A stretch of DNA of 43,792 bases from an uncultured Candidatus Poseidoniales archaeon (GCA_964441035.1 CAYYKF010000001.1:1-43792); one strand, 5' to 3'; shown: positions 8,302-16,649, numbered from the stretch's first letter. The notes: generated from the sequence alone by a model not told the origin. Made by a program: numbers and translations.

Positions 8302-9639
8302 TCACCTCAATAAATTCTGATGCTCATCTAGATACTGAATTGTCACATCACGGGCGATAAAATCGGGTTCTTCCATGATGGCCTGATGTAACGGTATAAC
8401 AGTCTCAACCCCAATCAGTGTTGTCTCCTTCAATACTCCCTTCATTTTTGCGATGGCGGCATCACGATTGTGTGCCCAAACAATGAGTTTGGCAAGTAAT
8501 GAATCAAAACAACCTGGCATTTCGTATCCGATATGCGCATGGGTGTCAACTCGAACCCCATTTCCTCCTGGAAAATGACAATCCCACAGTTTACCTGGCG
8601 AGGGAGTGAATGTAATCGGATTTTCTGCATTCAATCTACATTGAATAGCGTGCCCAGAAAAAGAAATTTCAGACTGCTCTAATGGTAACTTGTCGCCTGC
8701 TGCAATTCGGATACCAAGCTGTACGAGGTCTATTCCAGTAATCATCTCAGTAATTGTGTGCTCGACCTGTACTCTTGGATTGACTTCTAAGAAATAGAAT
8801 TCGCCTTGCTTATCACGTAGGAATTCAAATGTCGCAAGACCTCTGTAGCCTACGGAACGTGCACCCTCACAAACACGAGTGCCAATACTTTCACGCACCT
8901 CATCTGTAAGCCACGGACCTTCTTCTACGAGTTTCTGATGTCGTCGCTGGATTGAACAAAAACGCTCTCCAAAATGAATGGCATCTGTTCCATCTGCTAA
9001 TACCTGAAATTCTACATGTTGAGCGCCTTCAATATATTTCTCTACAAAAACTCGATCGTCACCGAAAGCAGATTTTGCCCTAGATTGGCACAAATTTAGA
9101 GCGGATTCAAATTCTGATGCGTCATACACGGTCTGCATCCCGATACCTCCGCCTCCAGCTGCAGCCTTGATGATGACAGGATATCCAATTTCTTCAGCCA
9201 AACTTTCTGCTAATCGAGCATCTGAAATTGCAGTTTCACTGCCTTTTGCAACCGGTAAACCTGCTGCCTCCATGGCCTTACGGGCCTCAATTTTATCACC
9301 AAGTAGACGGATTACCTCAGCACTCGGACCGATGAAAACGATTCCTTCCTCTTCACATCTTTTGACAAATGCTGCATTCTCTGCAAGAAAACCATAACCT
9401 GGATGAATGGCATCGGCGCCGATATCCTTGGCTGCTTGTATGATTGCTTCAAAATCGAGATAGGATTCAAGCGGGTTGGTTCTGTAAATTGGAATCGCAA
9501 AATCACTGAATCTTACCGGTAATGAAAGACGGTCTTCACGACCATGGACAATGCACACCTCTACTCCAAGTTCACGCAAAGCGCGACTAATTCGGAGCGC
9601 AATCTCACCTCTATTCGCAATGAGAACGCGCTTGAACAT
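8302..9639 (-). CDS. accC: Biotin carboxylase subunit of an acyl-CoA carboxylase
   Basis: The N-terminus reads MFKRVLIANRGEIALRISRA. ATP-grasp blocks are present (GYPVIIKAAAGGGGIGM, EVNPRVQVEHTITE). The length of 445 aa is typical of AccC. Confidence 0.95.
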   Translation of the reverse strand: MFKRVLIANRGEIALRISRALRELGVEVCIVHGREDRLSLPVRFSDFAIPIYRTNPLESYLDFEAIIQAAKDIGADAIHPGYGFLAENAAFVKRCEEEGIVFIGPSAEVIRLLGDKIEARKAMEAAGLPVAKGSETAISDARLAESLAEEIGYPVIIKAAAGGGGIGMQTVYDASEFESALNLCQSRAKSAFGDDRVFVEKYIEGAQHVEFQVLADGTDAIHFGERFCSIQRRHQKLVEEGPWLTDEVRESIGTRVCEGARSVGYRGLATFEFLRDKQGEFYFLEVNPRVQVEHTITEMITGIDLVQLGIRIAAGDKLPLEQSEISFSGHAIQCRLNAENPITFTPSPGKLWDCHFPGGNGVRVDTHAHIGYEMPGCFDSLLAKLIVWAHNRDAAIAKMKGVLKETTLIGVETVIPLHQAIMEEPDFIARDVTIQYLDEHQNLLR

Positions 9640-9689
9640 GATATTCCCATCCGCGTCCGGTTCAAAGGAATGCCGACTCCGTACTATGG

Positions 9690-9699
9690 AAGAAAAAAC
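9690..9699 (-). terminator. Oligo-T tract immediately after the reductase gene stop
   Basis: Minus strand reads TGA GTTTTTTCTTCC. The T6 run starts 1 nt after the stop, the usual archaeal termination signal. Confidence 0.4.
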
Positions 9700-10974
9700 T
9701 CAGTAAACATCGCGGAGATATCGTTTCTCATCCCTCATCAATGTACGTTCTATGAATTCCTTGGCATCGTCATCCGATAAGTTTCCATGTTCAACACAGA
9801 TGTTGATTAGAGTGGTATGAACGTCTTTTGCCATCCTATTTTTATCCCCACAGATGTAAAAATATCCACCTTTGTCAATCCATTCCCAAATCTCAGCACC
9901 GTGTTGAGACATGAGATGTTGGACGTATACTTTCTCTGGCCCCTCGCGAGACCAGGCTAAATCCAACTTGTCAATGGTGCCATCTTCAACATAGGCACTC
10001 ATCTCATCGCGATAGAGAAATTCACCAGCTTCAGTCCAATCTCCAAAGAAAAGCCAATTTCGACCCGATGCCTCGTCTGCTTTACGCTGTTGTAAGAATG
10101 CTCTGAACGGAGCTATTCCTGTACCTGGCCCCACCATGATGATGTCTGTATCTCCGTCTTCGGGCAGAACAAATGAACGAGTTGGTGACATGAAAACTCC
10201 AACCTTATCACCCTCTTCTATTCGATCTGCCAAGTACCCTGTCGTTAGACCTGTTTTTTCACGGCCTTGGCCTTCGTACCTTACGATGCCAACTGTCAGA
10301 TGAACGGTTCCTGGTTCAAAATCAGGGGAGGACGCTATTGAATACAAACGTGGTTTAAGACGATCTAAGCCATCAACGAAATCTTGGGCTGAAATATCAA
10401 GATGTCCGAAATCACTCAAGACATCAATGTAGTCACGGCCCCAAAGATAGTTTTCCATTGCTTCATCATCATCGATTAGTTGGCCCCACAATTCATGTGC
10501 TGGGTCTAGAGAACTGCCAGTGGGAGAATATCCATCAGGATAATCATCAGAATCACCGGACCATGCCCATTGTTGAGTACTCATTCCGGTTGATACAGAA
10601 CTTCGTGTACGACCAATCAATCGAATCTCAATTGAATCGTTGGATTGAAATTTTGAACCGAGATTGATGATGAACTTCTTCTTGGCCTGATGAATTTCAA
10701 AGTGATGAGATAATGCATCGCGGAGAGTGATTTCTCCAACATGTGTTTCCACCATTTCTTCAGGGTTTACCCCAAGCGTCGAGAGAACCTCATCTACTAA
10801 TTCTGACGAAGTCACAGGGATGACTCCAAGAGCATCGCCTGCTTTGTATTCCAATCCTGAATCAGCCAAATCGAAAACGATGTGGCGGGTCTCCTTCTTC
10901 GAGCCTTTTCCGTTCAGAACATGATTATCAGTGATGACTGAAGAATAGGGATTTTTTGAACTCCAATCTGTCAT
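9700..10974 (-). CDS. CysJ/CPR-like FAD/NADPH-binding reductase module (no FMN/flavodoxin domain)
   Basis: RLYSIASSP FAD-binding motif, GPGTGIAPFRAF NADPH motif, YVQH, and a C-terminal RYLRDVY. These are the sulfite reductase flavoprotein / diflavin reductase signatures. The track start at 10983 is GTG. The ATG at 10974 is preceded by GGGTGG. Confidence 0.85.
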   Translation of the reverse strand: MTDWSSKNPYSSVITDNHVLNGKGSKKETRHIVFDLADSGLEYKAGDALGVIPVTSSELVDEVLSTLGVNPEEMVETHVGEITLRDALSHHFEIHQAKKKFIINLGSKFQSNDSIEIRLIGRTRSSVSTGMSTQQWAWSGDSDDYPDGYSPTGSSLDPAHELWGQLIDDDEAMENYLWGRDYIDVLSDFGHLDISAQDFVDGLDRLKPRLYSIASSPDFEPGTVHLTVGIVRYEGQGREKTGLTTGYLADRIEEGDKVGVFMSPTRSFVLPEDGDTDIIMVGPGTGIAPFRAFLQQRKADEASGRNWLFFGDWTEAGEFLYRDEMSAYVEDGTIDKLDLAWSREGPEKVYVQHLMSQHGAEIWEWIDKGGYFYICGDKNRMAKDVHTTLINICVEHGNLSDDDAKEFIERTLMRDEKRYLRDVY

Positions 10975-11081
10975 TGCAACCACCCAGAGTCAAGGTCCCC
11001 GCAGGGTGTGCGGACCGCTGAGCCTAATATATTTCAATGAAGGGGATTACCATTCCGCTACTTCATGATTGTTAGTGACAC

Positions 11082-11468
11082 TTACGAATCAATCTCATGG
11101 ACGGTGACATGGAGGCCCTTATCTTGAGCCAATGCAATCGTGCGTTGGGTCCACTTTGATTCAGTACCTACGAAGGCAATGATATGCGTCGCAGCCTGAA
11201 CTATTTTCTGTGTCAAAGTATAACTCGCTTCGGTTCTACCACTGTCAATCAGACCTGGTCGAGATGAGGTCCACTCTTCATGAAAAATGAGGACCGGGAG
11301 GGCATTATTATCTGCCCACCTCTCTGCAAGGTAGTCGGTTCCACTCGCGCCACCGCAAATGATTAGATTGATTTGTCCGTTCTCTTCAATCCATTCTTCC
11401 ATGTGCTGATCTAGTTCGCCGTAATCATAGAAATTACGGTGACCGACGACTGCGAGATTCGTGACCAT
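11082..11468 (-). CDS. SLOG-superfamily protein, DUF2493/YspA-like
   Basis: The layout VVGHRNF...LIICGGASGTDYLAERWA...AFVG...WTQRTIALAQDKGLHVTV matches the GGAxGxDxxAxxWA Rossmann-like SLOG pattern. The ATG at 11468 lies 5 nt after AGGTGA. The track start at 11477 is GTG. Confidence 0.6.
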   Translation of the reverse strand: MVTNLAVVGHRNFYDYGELDQHMEEWIEENGQINLIICGGASGTDYLAERWADNNALPVLIFHEEWTSSRPGLIDSGRTEASYTLTQKIVQAATHIIAFVGTESKWTQRTIALAQDKGLHVTVHEIDS

Positions 11469-11557
11469 ACCTATCACCTACACATGGTGCGAGACGCACA
11501 GGGCGCAAGGACAAAATAAACTTGACCTTAATTTGATGTCAACGGAGCGGTGATATA

Positions 11558-12313
11558 TTGGTTGAAATTCAATTTCTCGGTACAGGTAATGCATTTTGTC
11601 CATCTAACCGCTTGCATTCTCTTGTTTTATTGGATGGCCACATTCTTGTAGACACGCCTCCAACCGTCGTGCCTCAATTGCGACGAGCTGGCGTTTCTCC
11701 TGGAAAAATCTCGAATATACTAGTAACTCATTGGCACGGTGACCACACTTTTGGGCTGCCATTTTTATTGCTAGAAAGAAAATACATTTCAGATCGAGAA
11801 GGAAAATCAAAATTAACTGTTCATTGTCATACTGGAGGAACATCTAGACTTCAAACACTGTGCCATCATGCCTACCCTGGTAGCCTTGAGGACCTACACT
11901 GGATTGATTTTGATGAAAACCCAAATGGAGAAATTGGAAATTGGAAATATTCAAGATTTGAAGTGTGTCATGACCCTGCAACAGAGCCGCACGGTTACAG
12001 ATTGGAAAATGAAGATGGATTCGTGCTAATTCACTGTGGAGATTCTGGACCCTGCGAGAATATTGAAACATTGGCGCATGAAGCCGATGTCATAATCATC
12101 GAATTGGGCATTCCTGATCATGTTAACAGTCCATATCATTATTCTCCTTCACGATTAACAAAACTTGCTAAATTACATCCAAATACAATTTTCTTGGCAA
12201 CTCATAACTTTGCAAATAGTTCGGACCAAAAACCAAAATCGGGTGAATTCACCCAACCAACACTTCCAGAAAATGTCATTCAGGCTGAAGATGGAGATTG
12301 TTTCACTTACTGA
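11558..12313 (+). CDS. Metallo-beta-lactamase-fold hydrolase (RNase Z / phosphodiesterase-like)
   Basis: FLGTGNAF N-terminus and HWHGDHTFG (HxHxDH) metal motif. The TTG start is preceded by GGTGAT with a 4-nt spacer. Confidence 0.8.
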   Translation: MVEIQFLGTGNAFCPSNRLHSLVLLDGHILVDTPPTVVPQLRRAGVSPGKISNILVTHWHGDHTFGLPFLLLERKYISDREGKSKLTVHCHTGGTSRLQTLCHHAYPGSLEDLHWIDFDENPNGEIGNWKYSRFEVCHDPATEPHGYRLENEDGFVLIHCGDSGPCENIETLAHEADVIIIELGIPDHVNSPYHYSPSRLTKLAKLHPNTIFLATHNFANSSDQKPKSGEFTQPTLPENVIQAEDGDCFTY

Positions 12314-12389
12314 AATGATATAATTTTGTTGATTATTTTAACTCCATTTTGAGATAAAATAGATTCAGAATCTCACAATATCTCATTCC

Positions 12390-12405
12390 TTCAATTGGAA
12401 ATTGG
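12390..12405 (+). promoter_or_regulatory. ORB-like element TTCAATTGGAAATTGG
   Basis: It resembles the archaeal mini-ORB core (TTCCAnTGGAAA-like dyad). The 12-mer ATTGGAAATTGG recurs at 11933-11944 inside the MBL gene. Confidence 0.4.
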
Positions 12406-12703
12406 TGATAATTGCAAAATATTGAATATCTGGTTTTGAGGATCTTGAATACTGAGAAAATCACATAATCGTGATTTCTGTTTTTGTTAACCCTCAAGAA
12501 AAATTGAAACATATTTCAAATAACAAATTTGTACTCAAACCGGGGCGCTGGAAGTAATTCATGTGGATTTTCGACGTTTGACTATAAACCAATTTGTAAC
12601 TTCAATAACGATTGAATCGACATTCTTTACAGGACGACATGGACATCCTTATCTATTCGACTTGAACTGGCTCGGAATCCCTATGCTCGTTTGATACCCC
12701 TGA

Positions 12704-12718
12704 GATTTCAATTGACGG
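12704..12718 (-). promoter_or_regulatory. ORB-like element, inverted copy (reverse complement CCGTCAATTGAAATC)
   Basis: The reverse complement TCAATTG-AAAT matches TCAATTGGAAAT of the 12390 element apart from one missing G. The two copies face each other across ~300 bp of AT-rich DNA. Confidence 0.35.
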
Positions 12719-12744
12719 TGTTGAGTTGGGATATGTCGCGGATG

Positions 12745-12752
12745 TTATAAAA
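12745..12752 (+). promoter_or_regulatory. TATA-box-like TTATAAAA, candidate orc1/cdc6 promoter
   Basis: TTATAAAA is centred ~28 nt upstream of the second in-frame ATG (12776). This suggests a leaderless transcript starting there rather than at 12752. Confidence 0.4.
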
Positions 12753-13993
12753 TGGAAGGAAATCTTTTCGAAGATATGTTGCATGTCCGTAGTTTGTTTC
12801 GCGATAGGCGGGCACTTAGTCATGCGTTCACACCACTAAGTTTGCCGCACCGTGATAATGAAATTAAGACACTTGTTCACAACTTTGTTGAAGCTCTGCA
12901 TGGTCATGCCCCCTCAAATATGAATCTCTACGGTGTACCTGGTTCAGGGAAGACCGCAGTAACTCGTCTAGTCTGTCAGCAACTGAAAGAGAAAGGTGGA
13001 GAGATTGGGCGGGCGATTCATACGACTGAAATTAACTGCCGAAATGTGGACACAAAATATCGGGTTCTTGCAGAGATTGGGAATGCAATCCGTGGGGATG
13101 ATGATGAATTAATCCCATTCACAGGTTGGCCTGCTGACAAAGTCTTCGATCGCGTGCGCGCGCGCATGGACGCGCGCGCAGGCGTACACCTGATTGTACT
13201 CGATGAGATTGATCATTTGGTGCGTAAGGTTGGGGACGATCTGCTCTACAGTTTGACAAGTCTAAACATTGGCTTGTTAGAGAACTCATTCTGCTGCATT
13301 GTTGGAATCAGTAACGATTTGGCATTCACCGAGATACTTGATCCTAGAGTTGAATCGAGATTGGCACCAATTGACGTGACATTTGCACCCTACAATGCGT
13401 CTCAATTAGAAGATATATTGCTAAATCGGGCAAAAACTGGCATCAAAGAAAATGGTCTGGATGAAGGGGTAATTTCACTCTGCGCGGCTCTTGCAGCCAA
13501 GGAGCACGGTGACGCAAGACGTGCACTTGATTTCCTACGTATCTCGGTGCTTAAGGCGGAACAAGATGGGTGCGACAGGGTTACAGTTAATCATGTCAGG
13601 CAAGCTCAGAATCAACTGGAGTTTGATCAAATCACTCCTGCTGTGGCCAATCTCCCACTGCAACAGAAGATTGTACTATTCTCTATTCTAATCAATGAAC
13701 GAAATGGATTACGGAATATTACGACAGGGGAGTTGTACAATACATATGAGTTGGCTTGTAATAATGCTGCAGAGAAAACACTGACATCAAGGCGTGTTTC
13801 ATCACTTATTTCTGATTTAGACATGATGGGATTAATTTCAGCGAAAACAATCAGTCGAGGGCGGCAGGGGCGTTCAAAACGAATCAATAGTCGTCTTCCC
13901 CCTAATTTTGATGCAATCCAGGTGATGCAAGATTCTGATGCCGTGATGAGCGATGTAATCGATGCCAGATACCGCCTTCAAAAGAGGTTGTAA
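12752..13993 (+). CDS. cdc6: Orc1/Cdc6 replication initiator (AAA+ plus C-terminal winged helix)
   Basis: LPHRDNEI N-terminal motif, Walker A GVPGSGKTA, Walker B LIVLDEIDHL, and sensor region GDARRALDFLR. The length of 405-413 aa fits. The start may be the ATG at 12776. Confidence 0.95.
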   Translation: MEGNLFEDMLHVRSLFRDRRALSHAFTPLSLPHRDNEIKTLVHNFVEALHGHAPSNMNLYGVPGSGKTAVTRLVCQQLKEKGGEIGRAIHTTEINCRNVDTKYRVLAEIGNAIRGDDDELIPFTGWPADKVFDRVRARMDARAGVHLIVLDEIDHLVRKVGDDLLYSLTSLNIGLLENSFCCIVGISNDLAFTEILDPRVESRLAPIDVTFAPYNASQLEDILLNRAKTGIKENGLDEGVISLCAALAAKEHGDARRALDFLRISVLKAEQDGCDRVTVNHVRQAQNQLEFDQITPAVANLPLQQKIVLFSILINERNGLRNITTGELYNTYELACNNAAEKTLTSRRVSSLISDLDMMGLISAKTISRGRQGRSKRINSRLPPNFDAIQVMQDSDAVMSDVIDARYRLQKRL

Positions 13994-14024
13994 ACATCGT
14001 TTATCGGGTTGAGGGACGCGCACA

Positions 14025-14597
14025 ATGGTTATGACGAGGGCGCCGGTCGCCGGGCCGATGGCAGACAATGGTGGCGGCAACGGTTCTCGCGCGATTGCCA
14101 CGCTGGCACTGGTTCTTGGGCTATGGGCAACTTGTTTGGGTCTAATCAATATCATCTTTGGAGCTCATGGAACTTCAGAAAACAAACTCAAGGTCGTTTG
14201 GGCTGCTTATCTTAGTATGGGTTCACTTTACCCTGACCTTTACACCTCTGATATGGTCTACAGGCCTTTCAGCGACTCTGTTTTCATGCTACTTTCACTG
14301 GGCCTCACTGCTTGGGGTGCAAAAACACTCCATGACTCAACCGATGGTGGTCTATTGCAATGGCTGAAAAATACTGTAACCTGTGATTCTTGGTTGAGTT
14401 TAATGTCAATGAAAGAAGCCGGTGGGCGGATGACTGCAGCAATGTGGTGCTTGGTCATAGGGGTAGTATTCTACATTTACCAAGGTATTCAACATTGGAA
14501 TTGGGTCGATGTAGGTGTCTATTCAGTAACTGCCTCACTACTTGGATTCGGGTGCGCGTTGATGTTTGCAGCGAAAGCAGAAGAATCTGATGAATAA
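14025..14597 (+). CDS. Hypothetical integral membrane protein (about 4 TM helices)
   Basis: Four hydrophobic stretches: IATLALVLGLWATCLGLINIIF, VFMLLSLGLTAWGA, AAMWCLVIGVVFYIY, VYSVTASLLGFGCALMFAA. No family signature recognised. Confidence 0.55.
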   Translation: MVMTRAPVAGPMADNGGGNGSRAIATLALVLGLWATCLGLINIIFGAHGTSENKLKVVWAAYLSMGSLYPDLYTSDMVYRPFSDSVFMLLSLGLTAWGAKTLHDSTDGGLLQWLKNTVTCDSWLSLMSMKEAGGRMTAAMWCLVIGVVFYIYQGIQHWNWVDVGVYSVTASLLGFGCALMFAAKAEESDE

Positions 14598-15623
14598 TTA
14601 TCGTCGTCTTCTGAAAAGAGGCGGGTGACCATTGCGTCCGAGTATTGCATCGAAAAGACCCTCAATAACACCAATCCAAAGTGTTGCACTCCAGAGAAGT
14701 TGGCGCCAGCGTGATACTACAATGGGCATCCACACAACCCCTGTCACCAATGCCAAATACCAAACTGGAGTAAACATCGGCACCAACAATAGAAACAGTG
14801 CAGATAGGCCAAATCCTATCATTGCGGACGGCAAGAGTGGTACAATATTTCTAGCATCACTAGTGAAATCATGTCGATGTAAACTTCCATCTGGTTTGTG
14901 CACTCCTTTCCGGCCATACACTCTGGCTATTCGTACATGCGCGCGAGCATCTCGTCTACGTTTGCGCAAGAATTGCCGTAATGATGATTCTGCGACGTGG
15001 TGTACTACTGCAGCTGGTGTGTGGATGATGATGCCTCCTGATGCAATGAGACGAAGGCTTACCTCCATGTCTTCCGCATGGTACCAAGAGGGATTGAAAC
15101 CACCGACTTCAAGTAAACTCTCTCTATTGAACATCGAGCAAGGTCCGTTGGCCAGACTAGCAATTCTTGGCCGACTGGCGTACTTTGTGGCAATAGCATG
15201 TGCACGCATTCGACTTGTGGGGGTATCTCCACTATCGAAAATTGTCCGTCCTGTGACTGCAAGAACATATTCACCTCCAATTCCTTCACTCACTCTGATT
15301 AATTCTTCAATCCAATATGGATCTGGGCGGCAATCAATATCTGTAATTGCAACCCATTCTCCTTTCGCTTCATTTAACGCAAGGTTACGACCCGCCGACA
15401 AACCCGTAGGAGTTTGGGTCAAAACAGTTACAGGGATATCCTCATGCATTCCCGACCAAGATTCTAGTTTCTCCCTCCCACCATCGGTTGAACCATCATC
15501 TACAGCAATTATTTCCAATGGCCTATAGGTTTGAGATATCAGTGCATTCAAGCAATCATCAATCCACATTATTCCATCTCTGACACATACTGTCACGCTG
15601 ACTAGTATATTGGAAGATGTCAC
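14598..15623 (-). CDS. Family 2 glycosyltransferase with C-terminal membrane helices
   Basis: VSVTVCVRDG...LISQTYRPLEIIAVDDGSTDGG and ITDIDCRP are GT-A DxD-type motifs. The C-terminus is hydrophobic. I favour the GTG at 15623, which lies 4 nt after AGGTGA. The longest ORF (to 15791) would overlap the upstream gene by 164 nt. The ATG at 15677 is an alternative. Confidence 0.8.
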   Translation of the reverse strand: MTSSNILVSVTVCVRDGIMWIDDCLNALISQTYRPLEIIAVDDGSTDGGREKLESWSGMHEDIPVTVLTQTPTGLSAGRNLALNEAKGEWVAITDIDCRPDPYWIEELIRVSEGIGGEYVLAVTGRTIFDSGDTPTSRMRAHAIATKYASRPRIASLANGPCSMFNRESLLEVGGFNPSWYHAEDMEVSLRLIASGGIIIHTPAAVVHHVAESSLRQFLRKRRRDARAHVRIARVYGRKGVHKPDGSLHRHDFTSDARNIVPLLPSAMIGFGLSALFLLLVPMFTPVWYLALVTGVVWMPIVVSRWRQLLWSATLWIGVIEGLFDAILGRNGHPPLFRRRR

Positions 15624-15627
15624 AATA

Positions 15628-16638
15628 TCACCTAATCTCAAATTGATCGAGTAAATGTCGGCAATGTGCTTTGACATCCTCATCAGTAATTCGAAGGACA
15701 ACACCTTCGCCAGGTTGTCCATACAATATGGCCGACCCCAAAGGTGCAAGAAGATGGAGTAAGATTGGAGCAAGGTCTTCTTCACCATCAATCTCTAGCA
15801 ACACTGGCCCTCCTTCTGGTGAAAATGCAAATTCTAGAGCAAGATCTGAACATTCTAGTAACTCAGGCGTTAGTTGTCCTGGTGGATTGGAGCATGATAA
15901 ATGGCCTCGGAATGATTCTCGATCTAAATTCTCGGCATCAACCCAAATTTCTCGCTTTGTCATTCCATCAACTAGAGCAACATCTGGTGCCCATCCAGAA
16001 TCTAGTAATGCATGTACGGTTACATCGCCAACTGCAATAAGACATGGGCTAAATGTTGGAATGGCTTCTAATGCGGCAGAGACGGCAACCTCAGGTGTAT
16101 CTTCGGGGCCTTGGAATAACTGTCCTTGTGGTTTCTTTAATTCAGAGTCTAACAATTTCACCATATGAACTGGCTTTTCTAGATCCGTTTGGCGTATCCA
16201 CAAATTTCCTTCTCTGTCAATACTACCTTCGCGAATTCTAGAACTTGAGATAGGTAAGCCATCATTTGCCAGAATGTGTTCTACTTCCACTATTTCCAAT
16301 TCATCTAACTCATTTTCTAACCTCATCTCATTGATACGAATACAATTTGCCTTTGTTTCAGTTGTACAAACAATATGGGTTGCATCGGACCGCTGAGGGG
16401 CAGGGCCCCACGGATCTTCCAACAAATGCACAGATAAATTACAATTAGATGCCCAATTCAAAATTGATTCAGTACGATCATCGTGTGATTCAATGCGAGG
16501 ATCCTTTTCTCTTGCGATGGCATCAGCGGATAGCCAAACTTCAACCTGATCGCATTTGCATGCGGCTTCAAGAAGGGCATGATGTCCCAAATGAAGGCGG
16601 TCGAACGTTCCGCCGACCAAACAAAGCGTTCCCGCCAT
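15628..16638 (-). CDS. Fusion protein: archaeal phosphopantetheine adenylyltransferase (N-terminal) plus DUF359 GTP-dependent dephospho-CoA kinase (C-terminal)
   Basis: N-terminal half: LVGGTFDRLHLGHHALL, ...ISSSRIREGSIDREG (cytidylyltransferase-type archaeal PPAT). C-terminal half: LIAVGDVTVHALL, VALVDGMTKR, SNPPGQLTPEL, IDGEEDLAPILLHLLAPLGSAILYGQPGEGVVL (DUF359/COG1909 signature blocks). Confidence 0.8.
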   Translation of the reverse strand: MAGTLCLVGGTFDRLHLGHHALLEAACKCDQVEVWLSADAIAREKDPRIESHDDRTESILNWASNCNLSVHLLEDPWGPAPQRSDATHIVCTTETKANCIRINEMRLENELDELEIVEVEHILANDGLPISSSRIREGSIDREGNLWIRQTDLEKPVHMVKLLDSELKKPQGQLFQGPEDTPEVAVSAALEAIPTFSPCLIAVGDVTVHALLDSGWAPDVALVDGMTKREIWVDAENLDRESFRGHLSCSNPPGQLTPELLECSDLALEFAFSPEGGPVLLEIDGEEDLAPILLHLLAPLGSAILYGQPGEGVVLRITDEDVKAHCRHLLDQFEIR

Positions 16639-16649
16639 GACCTTGCCTC

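Larger units (their letters stand above)
12314..12751. other. Putative replication origin (oriC) upstream of orc1/cdc6
   Basis: This 438-bp non-coding gap is the largest in the window. I counted 63 G+C in 12301-12540 (26%). ORB-like elements in opposite orientation lie at 12390-12405 and 12704-18. Several short inverted repeats are present (AAATCAC/GTGATTT near 12460, TTGAAA cata TTTCAA near 12505). Confidence 0.5.

Noticed and set aside
13151-13183. Alternating CG tract CGCGTGCGCGCGCGCATGGACGCGCGCGCAGGCG inside cdc6 (also (CG)6 at 35090-35101 in the giant gene)
   Set aside because: It is striking in a mid-GC genome and Z-DNA-prone in principle. However, it is in frame, encoding RVRARMDARAG (Arg/Ala codons), and I have no evidence of function beyond coding.
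14632-15528. 298-aa plus-strand ORF
   Set aside because: It is entirely antisense to the GT2 glycosyltransferase gene, whose motifs are clear. Its translation is Ser/Arg/Pro/Thr-rich, typical of shadow ORFs.
15671-16168. 165-aa plus-strand ORF
   Set aside because: It is antisense to the PPAT-DPCK fusion gene, with Ser-rich low complexity.
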